DNA from: Welwitschia mirabilis
Taxonomy: Eukaryota
Assembly (NCBI GenBank): GCA_051453625.1
Contig: JBOZIK010000001.1
Location: forward strand, 27,666,937 to 27,730,936
Reading direction: 5' to 3'
Length of the DNA: 64,000 nucleotides
Positions within the stretch are counted from its first letter, which is position 1, and the number at the start of each line of letters is the position of its first letter. Made by a program: the position numbers and the translations under genes. Shown here one piece after another: positions 12,421 through 24,138 of this stretch. The notes under the pieces are model-generated. The model did not search any database, was not told the origin of the DNA, and was given only the letters and a program-made list of their open reading frames with translations.

Positions 12421-13759
12421 GATATTGGTATTGATTCTTAACATTATATTTATTTTGATGTCATTCAGGTTACAACATTATACTGTTTCATCTTATTGTT
12501 TATGTAAATATGATGACATAATTTATCTATCCACTCTGATCAACTCAAGTATGATGAGTTAGCTCATCATTGTGCTATTAACTTATTTTGTTGCTTAAAA
12601 ATCCAAAAGGGTAAATTGTCTTTTCTTTTTTCTTTTTTAAAGGAGTTATGTTATAGAGAAAACTAGAAATAACATCATAAATTTATTTTGTAAAAGTTCA
12701 GGTTGAAGTTTAGATCATAAGCCTACACAATTAAATTTCTTCAAAATGCATTATTACATTCATCAGTGTAAACCTAGACTTTTATCATTACCTTATTAAT
12801 TCAACTTTAGTTTCCCTTCATCTACTACATTAAATCTTGTTTCCATTTAATTTTTATTATTTATTTTACCTTTCCTTGATTCTTTCTTAAAAAAACCAAT
12901 GCTTGTCTATATTATCCTAACTACAAAAGTCCACTAATAATTTTATTTTATGATTAATTCATTAGAAAAATATATACCCTTTTTTATGGCAAACCAATCT
13001 TTGACCAAGGGCTTCCATTGTCAACCTTTATGTCACTTTTTATGAATTTGTTCATGGCTTAATCTATTACTGATCATAATTCTAATTTGTTTTTATAAGA
13101 TCATATATTTGTATTTTGCGCCACATAAAAGTGTGAATACCATTTGAATGTCACTTGTCTCTATCATATCTTTTCTGTGCTACATGCAAGGGTGATGTGA
13201 ACTAGTAGTACGTTGGATTTATCTAAGTAAGAAAGCTTGAATCATCCATTAGTTATGGTACCTCATTTACTAACATTTGTATTTAAAACAAAAAGGCCTT
13301 CATGCTTCTTCTTGCTTCCTTTGCTTGCAGAACCCTTTTCTTGCTCCATTCTATTAAGCTCTAGAAATAGTAACAGCTCCTACAATAAGAATATGATCTC
13401 TTGTGGATAGGCTGAGGTGATCAATAATACATAGGCATAAAGCTTATCCTTGACCAAAAAGTGGTTCTAGAATTACATCACTGAGGTAGCATCTATTTCT
13501 GTTCTGCTTCTTCAGCAAGACAATCAAGTTGATTGAAGGAGACGCAACAAGATAGTAACCATATTTTATTTGATAGCAGAGGGCCTATAATGGGATGAGA
13601 TTATGATATGTACTGGGAAAATAAATAAACTAGTTCTTCCTTTTTAGTGGAAAGATATCACTCCTTAGTCTAATTGACTTAAAAATTCTCAATATTTCTT
13701 TATGCCTTTATTCAAAGAAGTCTATTTAAATACATAATGAAATCCTATAATAATAGATT

Positions 13760-13905
13760 ACTAACTAATTCCACTATCTTCAATAATAGTGGATCACTAA
13801 CTAATTCCACTATCTCCACTTCAATCACACTATAGTATCACTAATAATAATTGATTTCACTATCTCCACTCCAATAATACTAGACTGCCACAAATAATAA
13901 CTAAA
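13760..13905. repeat. Short tandem repeats (~30-42 bp, core ACTAATTCCACTATCTCCACT) within the LTR; equivalent array at 15200-15340
   Basis: TTCCACTATCT-type core recurs three times in each LTR, with a weaker fourth copy. Confidence 0.8.
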
Positions 13906-14079
13906 CATAATTAATTTATCTACTTCAATAAGACTCTTTAAAATAATAATAAATTAACTTTAGAGATAATAATCTAAAAATCGACTAGGCATATGGGCCA
14001 TGCATGTGAATCTTCTTAATGAGCTTGAATCACTTTTTCTCATATCATCTCCATCCCTCTTAGAAAAAGCCTTATCCTT

Positions 14080-14540
14080 AAGGCCCAATTTACAAGCCCA
14101 TCCCATGAAAGATTCTAGAAGAGATGATGGATCACAGCTGGTAGTTACACTAAATGAGGTGGTGGATGAGAGCTATATTCCATTTCTTCAAATAGATAAG
14201 GATGCAATCTAGGAAAAGGCTTCAGATCTTTCCACGTGGCTGAATCATGTGTGTCCCCTTCCCATTGAATAAGGCATTGCTTTACCATTTTATCATTATG
14301 CCATATCACTCTATTGTCTAAACAAGCAATTAACTTAAGTATTAGGTAATTTTTAATATCCATGGATGGAAGGCACATTAGATCCAGTGGCGGATTGCTA
14401 CAATGGGGACACAAAAGAGAGACATTGAACATTGGATGCATTCAAGAGCTAGAAGGAAGGTCAAGCTTGTATGCCATGGGACCGATGCAACGGATGATGT
14501 AAAATGGCCCATAGAACTATCATGATAGATTTTTCAATGT
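14080..14540 (-). pseudogene. Integrase GPY/F tail and chromodomain fragment
   Basis: FYGPFYIIRCIGPMAYKLDLPSSS*MHPMFNVSLL followed by QCLIQWEGDTHDSATWKDL. Confidence 0.88.
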
Positions 14541-14561
14541 TTGGGTCTAAACCATTGTTTG

Positions 14562-14744
14562 TCAATAAGCATTTAGCTTATTCCCATGAATATAGAAAAC
14601 AAACATAGCAATATGTTGATCCATAGGGGTGTTGTAAAAATTAAAGAAGTTCTCAGTGTAAAAGAGCCAATCTAATGGGTCAGATCCAGTGAATGGGTTG
14701 AGGATGATTTTTGGTTGTTTTTGTGTGAATTGGAAGGATGACAT
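14562..14744 (-). pseudogene. Gag N-terminal fragment of the small chromovirus
   Basis: PKIILNPFTGSDPLDWLFYTENFFNFYNTPMDQHIAMFVFYIHG matches the retrotransposon gag motif PKxxFPxFxGxDPxxWxxxxExFF. Confidence 0.85.
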
Positions 14745-17299
14745 GGAGATTTGTTATAATGTAGGGAAAGAGGAACCAGCATTAGGGTTAACCACCAGAG
14801 TAAAGGCAGAGGTAAGGGTAATGACCAAATAGAGAAAGGGTGATGCATATTTTAGGGATTGGATTTCAAAAAGTATTTTGACAACATTGTTTTGATGAAA
14901 CTATTGGGTATGAACCTAATCATCCTCATAACAAGTTTGGAAAGAGAGAAAGGATTCTATGAGGAGAGTTGGTTCTCAATAGAGGAAGAAGTGGAGGAAT
15001 GGCTAATTTTCAAAGGCATGGGTTTAGTACTAAAAGAACCAATGATATGTACTAGGAAAACAAATAAAGTATTTCTTCCTTTTGAGTGGGAAGAGATCAG
15101 TCCTTAGTCTATTGACTCAAAAATTCTCAATATTTCTTAATGCCTTTATTCTAAAAGAACTATATTTAAATACATAATAAAATCCTATAATAATGGATCA
15201 CTAACTAATTCCACTATCTCCACTAATAGTGGATAAATAACTAATTCCACTATCTCCACTCCAACCATACTGGAGTGCTACTAACAATAACTGATTCCAC
15301 TATCTCCACTCCAATCATACTAGACTGCCACTAACAATAATTGAATGAAATTAAATTAACTATTTAAACAAGACTCTTTTAAATAATAATAAATTAACAT
15401 TAGAGACAATAATCTAAAAACTAACTAGGCATATGGGCCATGCATGTGGATCTTCTTACTGAGCTTGAATCACTTTGGCCTGTATCAGATAAACTATGAG
15501 TTTCTGAGAAACAAGGAAGGAAACCTCATAACCATTTAAATGAATATGTTTTTGAATGAAACAGGGAACATAGAGTAGAGAGTTAATCTTTGATTTGCTT
15601 CCACAAAAAGATTACAACAGCTACACTGTTATTTGGAATCACAAGCTACTCTTATTCTTGGTGGTTTTAATGTCGATAAGGTTTTTATAAGATCTTACAA
15701 TAAAACATGCTTTCTCCATGAGTGTACCAAGTAAAGTAGTGGAAGAAGGGGTTGCTAATTACTACTTATTTTAAAAGACTATTTGTCATCCATTACCATT
15801 TCTCTGAAAAGACTATTAACCATTGCCTAGACTTTCCCATACTATGCACAAGAAGAGGAAGACAAAGCAAAAAAGCACTAGATTAAAAGTTTCTACAGAT
15901 TGTTGAGAAGGATTTGCTAACATAAGAAGATTATGCAGATCTTAGAGTTTACTTACTATTCATTAATCTTCATATTTTATCTTTGCTATTTATCTAGGGT
16001 TACTTTATCTACTTGTAATGTGTATTTACTTTTTCCTTTTTTCCTCCTTTGGGAAGACTTCTTTAAGAATCAGACTCACAATCATAAAGTTATAAAAGCA
16101 ATCCTTAACCATTAAGACATATGTTCAAATAAATTTGGTTTCATAGCCATCATGTCCAATTTTATTTGGGTAATTTAAATTACTTAAGAAACATTGATTT
16201 ATCCTTCAAATATTATGGTCTTCTCATAGCTTATTTTACACATAATATAATTTATTTAAAAGACATTTATTTTTAATATTCTTTTAAATTCCTAAATCAA
16301 ATAAATTTACACAATTCTTTTGTCTGGTCATTTTTGATTGTATAAATAGCCTTTGAATTTTTTTAATTTAATAGTTGTAAGACATTTTAAGTTACATTTA
16401 TTAAGTTGATGATTTTGCAGTTATACATAACACAAATTTTTACATGGGTTATCAAGTTTCCAACTATGTAATTAGGTTTTCCTAAAAGACAAAAAACCTA
16501 AGTGGCCATTTTTAGGATAACAATAATAACTATAAAAACTATCACTTCCTATGAAGATTCCATAGCTCAAATTGGAGAAAGAACCTTGGCTTGTCATAGC
16601 ATATCTTATAGAATAAAATATCTACCTTACAATCACAAATCAACCTCAAATTAGACCATAAAATTATGCTTTAGAATAATTCATAGATGTTTAATTAGCT
16701 ATCATTAATAATATTAGCAAATCTAGGGTATTAGTTAATAATAAAATTATAGTTAATCCTTAATGAGGTCATTACTCTTAATTAAAAAAGTTATATATTG
16801 TTACATCATATAGTGTGTAATATATCTCATATTTTCTTGCTTATATGGATAACCATTTCATGTTTAGTATCATAGTTAGTAATGCTATGTGGATAGCCCT
16901 TATGTAATCATCCATATTCCTAGCCATATTAACATAGTATTAGAGAAAATTCACTATGAAAATATAATCTAAATGGATGAAGATCGACATAATTAAACAT
17001 TTATGATGGTTCCTTTTTAAACATTAGGAACTAATCTCTTCACATGTATGAAAATGTTATAAGATGACACACTTACACATAAGAAGATTTTACATAGCCT
17101 AGCCTAGTGAATATAATGTACCAAGTTGCTAAAGAATAAATAATGGAAGAGTTAATGAGGTTGTTCCATTAATAGTGCACTTTCAATCTGAAGTTAGTCT
17201 ACTATACGAGAGTTGGTATATAAGGAATTATATACTAGTAGTTATCCAATGACTAATGTCAATTTCACAAGGTTTCAAGTTGCAAAACAATCTAGAGAT

Positions 17300-20200
17300 T
17301 TCTATTATAAGTTATTTCTATTCCTTCTTTGTAATTTTTCAATCATCATTTTCTTATAATTTTTAGCATGATGTCCCATGAGTTCTCCCTTAATGATATT
17401 ATTGAAATTATTAGAGAGATACTATCTATTTTGAGTACATATATTTTTTCTTCCTTTATCTCAAGAAAAAGATCAATAATTGTTTCTATTCCAAGTTATG
17501 TGTCTAATATAAATGAATTTAATTTCACTCTAGGCTCTAGTGATTTCACTCTATTGGATATTAATCTTATTAGAAGCATGATATATGATTTCGATTCTAT
17601 ATTACTATACACATTTCAAATGAAATCAAATATCTCTGACCATTCTAAAAGAGAAATAATAAATAAATCTTTAAAAAATATTCCCTTATATATGAGAGTG
17701 TCTATTTAAGAAAAGGTTAATTTCTATGGATTTATTAAAAAATTCTTTTAGAATAGCACTAATATTACCAGCTAGAAAAATTATCTTAAGTGATAATAGG
17801 AAGAAAGCATCATGATCTAGACTATGGAATTTATTAATTAACCATCAAATAAGCAATGATATTTCTTAGTTTAAATTTTTTAATGAATATATTATTAAGG
17901 TATTTCATAAATAAAGAGGTATTAAATAAAAGAAGGAGTAATTTTATTATGACATAATTTTGTTAGATGTTATAGTATGGATTTATATAATAATTCTAAA
18001 ATAAAGAAGGTACATCCCTAAGATAAAATGACTTTTAGAGAATATTAGGTTAATTTTTGGTTAAGGCATAGCTTTAGATGAATAAGCCTAAGCCAATCCT
18101 CCCTACTGAGTAATCTTTAATGCACTCTTTATAAGCTAAAACATATAAACTAAACCACAGAGAATAATTTTCATATAGTTAAACATTCTACTTCTTAGTA
18201 AGTTAATATATTATCTCCTACTATAGGAAATAACCTTAGAGTGAAGTGGCTTAAATCCCTTGGAATAAATGATATCATGAATCTAGAACTTATGAGGGAA
18301 AGGAACATATTTAAAAGTTTTATGTAAAGAAGAACTATTTGTAAAGAAGAACTAGAGTTATCAGATCTAGTTTCATGTAGGGTAATAGAATTTGACAAAT
18401 AGTTGTATGAATTTATTAGCATTATCATTTGTATGGACTATGTACATTTGATCATTAATAAATATTTTTTTAAAACATTTCATCTTCCCTTCACAAAATT
18501 AATTAGTTATAAGGATAATCAGATAAAAACATGGAGGAAGGTGATTATTGGAACTAATATCATGATACTTAGGATCTTGTTAAAACGTATAGCTAAATCC
18601 ATTTTATTATTCATATATTTAAGGAAAAATTAAAAAGATATAAAAAAGTTAACAATCACATCCAACTCATTAGCTAAGTTCTAAAGAAAAAGAAAGAATA
18701 ATACAAAGTAGTCTTATCCTTAATAATTAAATTACAAGATATGAAATACAAATAAATATCTTAAGATAAAAGAAGCTATAATTGGCTATGTTCAACAAGA
18801 AAATATAGAACTAAAAATTACTAGAAAATAAATAAATGAGATTGAAAATAAAAACTAAAAAATCCTAAAAAAAAGGTAATTATTTTTAAGTCATAAGAAA
18901 GAGTTTAACAATTAAAGGAGGATAAAAGTAGACTGAGTTAAATTGTGGCATTGATGTTGGTTAAAGAATTAAACATAGCTCCTCAACCTATACAACCTAC
19001 TATGGAACTTAATAAAAGATCTAATTATAGAACGAAGAGTGTAAAGAAGATAATCCTACTAAAATAGTAAAGCTAAAGAATAAGATTTCTTTTTGTAAGT
19101 CTACTTGCTTCAATTTTTTAATAAAGGATCTATGTAATCCTTAAGTCTGTAAGCATAGTATAGTTTTTATAAGTATCATTGACTAAAAACATGTATGTTA
19201 CACATATGATTATCTAATAGAAAATATTATTTTATATACTTCTAAGCTAAAGTTCTCTTCTATGAGAAAATGTTTCATGTTTGGAAATCTAGAGAAAACT
19301 ATTTTGTATTTTATGTAATAAACTAAACCTAAGTTTAGTGCTATGAAGGATACTCTTCAATGATAATAGTTAATAAAATCATAAATATAAATTATTCATT
19401 AATAATTTTGATAACTTATAGAAGTTGAAAGCATGATTTAATAATATAGAATTTATAAATATAAGTCTATATGTTTCTTTGGATATACCCTAATAATAAA
19501 AGTAGTGCTCCCATCACTTTGTGGTTATGAGCTCTATTCTTATGAAAAAAATGTCCTTTAATAGAAAAAAATATAAGTTTATACTAATGTTTTATCTAAG
19601 CTAGACTAATAGTCATCTTGTTCATAATACTATGTATAAATTAGAGAGATAAAATTTATCTTGAAGATAAAAGTTTAGTTATATATTACACACTTAAGTA
19701 ACATTATTTATAACAACTAAAGTATTACTAAATTGATTTATTATATTCTCATTCAGCCCTTGTAGGAAATGTAAATTAAAAACCTTTATTATAATAATAG
19801 TAAACATTTATGGGCTTACTATTATAGATTTTATCATATATCAATATTATAAAAAGGAGGAAATATTAGGAAATTCAAGTTACTACTTAATGATGACATT
19901 ATAATTGATTAGTATTATTGGTAATACTTGGTAAGTTGGATCNNNNNNNNNNNNNNNNNNNNNNNNNNNNNNNNNNNNNNNNNNNNNNNNNNNNNNNNNN
20001 NNNNNNNNNNNNNNNNNNNNNNNNNNNNNNNNNNNNNNNNNNNNNNNNNNNNNNNNNNNNNNNNNNNNNNNNNNNNNNNNNNNNNNNNNNNNNNNNNNNN
20101 NNNNNNNNNNNNNNNNNNNNNNNNNNNNNNNNNNNNNNNNNNNNNNNNNNNNNNNNNNNNNNNNNNNNNNNNNNNNNNNNNNNNNNNNNNNNNNNNNNNN

Positions 20201-21950
20201 NNNNNNNNNNNNNNNNNNNNNNNNNNNNNNNNNNNNNNNNNNNNNNNNNNNNNNNNNNNNNNNNNNNNNNNNNNNNNNNNNNNNNNNNNNNNNNNNNNNN
20301 NNNNNNNNNNNNNNNNNNNNNNNNNNNNNNNNNNNNNNNNNNNNNNNNNNNNNNNNNNNNNNNNNNNNNNNNNNNNNNNNNNNNNNNNNNNNNNNNNNNC
20401 CCTTAATAATGAAAGATATATATTATTAGGTTACTCAATATAGAATATGTATTATATTTTCTAGATTACATGGATAAGCACATCATCCTTAGTATATCTA
20501 ATTGCATCATGTAGATACTTTATCCCAAGTCATCTATACTTCTAGTTGTACTAGCAAAAAAGAAAGATAAAATTAATAGTCAAAGGGTTTTGAGATAATA
20601 CATGAACTAATTTTCTCAAACTGAAACCTTTATGTTAACTATACTTAATGAGAAAGAAAAGGGTAAGCCTTTAATGTAACTAATTACTAATGAAATAAGC
20701 ATAAATAATATTTAATAACTATGAGATATTAAGAAAATTAATTCTCTCTTACTTATAGATTATACCTATCTTAACAAATATATCCAATCACCTAGAAAGG
20801 ATCATATACATATTATCCCTTATCTAATATCTAAATTTGAAAAAGATAAAGAAAACGAATTGGATATATTTAGACATAGGGAATTATAAAAAGCCTTATT
20901 TCTTAGACATCTTACATCATTCACAAATAAACATCTTAAAGAATAATATCTAAAATCTATACAAAATTAAAAGTTAACTATTCACTTTTAAATTCCACTA
21001 AGTTAAAACTATCTTATCTTAGGTTTCTTAAAGATAAGTGCATACTAAAGGAAAAGATAAACATTAAAAAAATAGATTTATTAGCCTAATAAGTAAGTCC
21101 TATAGTGAAAAATAAGCTATACCTGAGTTTGGAAATCCTTATTTCCTAACACGATTTTCTATCATAAAAGGTAAAAAGAAAGATTATTAGAAAATTTAAG
21201 GGTTAGTGTGAACCTAATGCAATATTTATTATTTGAAGAAATTATATTGAAACAATTAAGAAAAATAAAAATTACTTTATAATCTTTTGATCAACAAAAT
21301 AAAATACTAATGAAAATAATAGAAGACATGTATGTATACCTTGAAAGCATTTTTACTTTGCTAGAATTTTGTAGTCTCAGAGATAGAAGATAATACAAAG
21401 GGTTTACGCTTCATCTTAAGAATCCCATTACTAAATACTTGTAATGCTATTGTTAGATATAAAAATGAAGTAGTACAAATGTCATTTAAAAATATTGAGA
21501 TAAAGTTAAAAGTCTTTGATAACTAAAGAAGAATCTTATGGATGGATTTAAGGATGTAGTATTAAACAAAATCAGTGGAATAACACTTATTAAATCTTTA
21601 CAATGAACATCACAAAACTAATCCTACCTTTGGAAGAATACCTATAGAGGGGAAAAAAGGAGAAGAAGAAGAAGAATTTCATGCATGAATGTATGAAATT
21701 TTATACTTCAAAGACAAAGATAAAAAACATTATATGATACTTAAAAAAAGAAAAAAATAAAAAAATATGAGAGAGAAGGTTAGGATGGAAGGAGGGGGAA
21801 AGGTTTTAGAGGAAGGATAAGTAGGAAAGAAGATTAAAAAGAAATAAGATGATATATGTTTACATGAAAATGATAGATGCTATAGGTATAAAAGACCTCT
21901 AAGATACCCATTCACATTCATTAAAAGGATTACATATGTAGATTATAAAA
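17300..21950 (+). other. Highly decayed coding-like block, possibly a second caulimovirid relic
   Basis: Weak capsid-like motifs at 17800-18600 (EESIMI*TMEF; ELELSDLVSCRVIEFDK*LYEF; YFFKTFHLPF; DT(L)G), weak movement-protein-like bits (YILIQPL ~19745; YILLGYSI*N ~20420) and TATAAAAG at ~21887. No RT motif recognised. Confidence 0.3.
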
Positions 21951-21958
21951 TTACCCAT

Positions 21959-23059
21959 TGTTGTGCTACAAACTTATGTGTATTTGATAGGGTATTATGA
22001 GTTATTTTGTAGGTAAATTAATAGATACATGCTTAGTTCTTATGATAATTGAGAACTGAGATGAAAAGAATGAAAACACATAGTTTTCCAAATAAATTAC
22101 AAGCATTTCATGTAGATATGGATAAATAATATTTTGGATAATGATTTCTACAAGCAACAAGTGATCAGCCTGACTGAAGATTGATAAAAAGCCTATCGTC
22201 CACCTCATCGGTTGAATGTCACTAGCGGACAACATCTCAAATAGGGCGATAACAAGTTCACATGTAGTTGACGAGCAGTTAGATTGGAAGCTAAATAGAT
22301 ATCTAATTGTCAGCCTTTGTCATCTCCTATATCATTCGGATGACATTGAAGATGATACTATTCTCTCATACTTTTACTGAATGTTTTCCCAAGTTGTTGC
22401 CACTTCTTTATGACTTTACTTTGCATGTCAGCTAGGGTTTCTCCTCTACCTCTTTATCAGTTTCCCTTCCTTTTTTTATCTATAAATAAAGGTATTTCCC
22501 TTGATTCCTAATCATCTTTGATAGTACTTGACATACTTTTGATAGGAGATCTTGGGACCGGAGAATCATTTTATGATTGCAGAGAGATGTTCTTTTGGTG
22601 TTGGATGGCGTTTCCTTCATTACGAAATGGCTACTTTGTAATACAAATGTTTTTATGAGTTTAATATGAATTATCTTCTTTTATATTCAATATTTGTAGG
22701 AACTTCTTCCTCATAGTTTATTTTGTCTAAGATTCAGTGATAGTTTCTTCTATTATATAGATTATGAGGATAGCCTTTGTCAAGGTTAAGCTTAATTAGT
22801 TTAGGTACATCATTATTTCTTAGATTAATTTTGCACAAGCATATTTCAATTTCATGCATTGCAATTTATTTCAATAGATTAGGGTTACATATTTATATCT
22901 CAAAATCAACTCTATTATTTCCATACTATTGGCGTTTGATGAAATTACGACATTCGGATCACACTCGACTATACTAGCATGTTGTGTTTATGCACCTTAT
23001 TTGTACTTAACAGGATTTAGATTAAGATGTGAAACATTACATAAATACGCATCACAACA
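21959..23059 (+). mobile_element. Solo LTR, family A (Athila-like), 1101 bp
   Basis: Termini TGTTGTG...CACAACA, perfect 5-bp TSD CCCAT (21954-21958 and 23060-23064), internal TATAAATA near 22481, no adjacent PBS or PPT. Confidence 0.93.
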
Positions 23060-24066
23060 CCCATGAAGAAGATACATATGTACATTTGAAGACATCTATA
23101 TGATGAATGTCTTGTCTTAAAAAGGAAAAACTAAAAAATAAATTTATAAAAGAAAAATAAATAAGATAAAGAAATAAAATAAAGCATCTTCACTTAAGGA
23201 AAACACATATTATTGAAGATATTTATAAAGTACGGATATATTCTATATCAAATACCTCTACTTTTTTGAGGCAGGTATACATTATACAAGAAGAAGAACT
23301 TAATGTCAGATATAGTTCAACTTTCAAGATATTNNNNNNNNNNNNNNNNNNNNNNNNNNNNNNNNNNNNNNNNNNNNNNNNNNNNNNNNNNNNNNNNNNN
23401 NNNNNNNNNNNNNNNNNNNNNNNNNNNNNNNNNNNNNNNNNNNNNNNNNNNNNNNNNNNNNNNNNNNNNNNNNNNNNNNNNNNNNNNNNNNNNNNNNNNN
23501 NNNNNNNNNNNNNNNNNNNNNNNNNNNNNNNNNNNNNNNNNNNNNNNNNNNNNNNNNNNNNNNNNNNNNNNNNNNNNNNNNNNNNNNNNNNNNNNNNNNN
23601 NNNNNNNNNNNNNNNNNNNNNNNNNNNNNNNNNNNNNNNNNNNNNNNNNNNNNNNNNNNNNNNNNNNNNNNNNNNNNNNNNNNNNNNNNNNNNNNNNNNN
23701 NNNNNNNNNNNNNNNNNNNNNNNNNNNNNNNNNNNNNNNNNNNNNNNNNNNNNNNNNNNNNNNNNNNNNNNNNNNNNNNNNNNNNNNNNNNNNNNNNNNN
23801 NNNNNNNNNNNNNNNNNNNNNNNNNNNNNNNNNNNNNNNNNNNNNNNNNNNNNNNNNNNNNNNNNNNNNNNNNNNNNNNNNNNNNNNNNNNNNNNNNNNN
23901 NNNNNNNNNNNNNNNNNNNNNNNNNNNNNNNNNNNNNNNNNNNNNNNNNNNNNNNNNNNNNNNNNNNNNNNNNNNNNNNNNNNNNNNNNNNNNNNNNNNN
24001 NNNNNNNNNNNNNNNNNNNNNNNNNNNNNNNNNNNNNNNNNNNNNNNNNNNNNNNNNNNNNNNNNN

Positions 24067-24136
<70 letters not shown>
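24067..24136. repeat. (CA)n microsatellite abutting an N gap
   Basis: Perfect CA run; true length unknown because of the gap. Confidence 0.97.

Positions 24137-24138
<2 letters not shown>

Larger units (their letters stand above)
13604..15487 (-). mobile_element. Internally deleted, non-autonomous chromovirus (Reina-like) LTR element, 1884 bp
   Basis: Two similar ~445-bp LTRs (13604-14047, 15043-15487; TGATA...TATCA), TSD GATTA/GATAA, PPT-like AAGAGGGATGGAGA on the minus strand next to 14047, gag N-terminus plus integrase tail and chromodomain inside. Confidence 0.92.
13293..15840 (+). pseudogene. XTH: Intronless xyloglucan endotransglucosylase/hydrolase (GH16) pseudogene, interrupted by an LTR element at 13604-15487
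   Basis: Hydrophobic signal-like start, then KLILDQK(S)GSRITS..HLF..FFSKTIKLIEGDAT/IVTIFYLIAEGL*WDEI|NYEFLRNKEGNLITI*MNMFLNETGNIE*RVNL*FASTKDYNSYTVIWNHKLLLFLV. This matches the XTH consensus LSLDxxSGSGFxS..YLFG..IKLVxGDSAGTVTAFYLSS...DEIDFEFLGN...QTNV..G.GNREQR..LWFDPTxDYHxYSILWN. The 3' part is shortened and the ends are approximate. Confidence 0.85.

Noticed and set aside
13760-13905. Repeat-spacer-like array resembling CRISPR
   Set aside because: The units are degenerate tandem repeats inside a plant LTR, duplicated in the partner LTR, and no cas genes are present.
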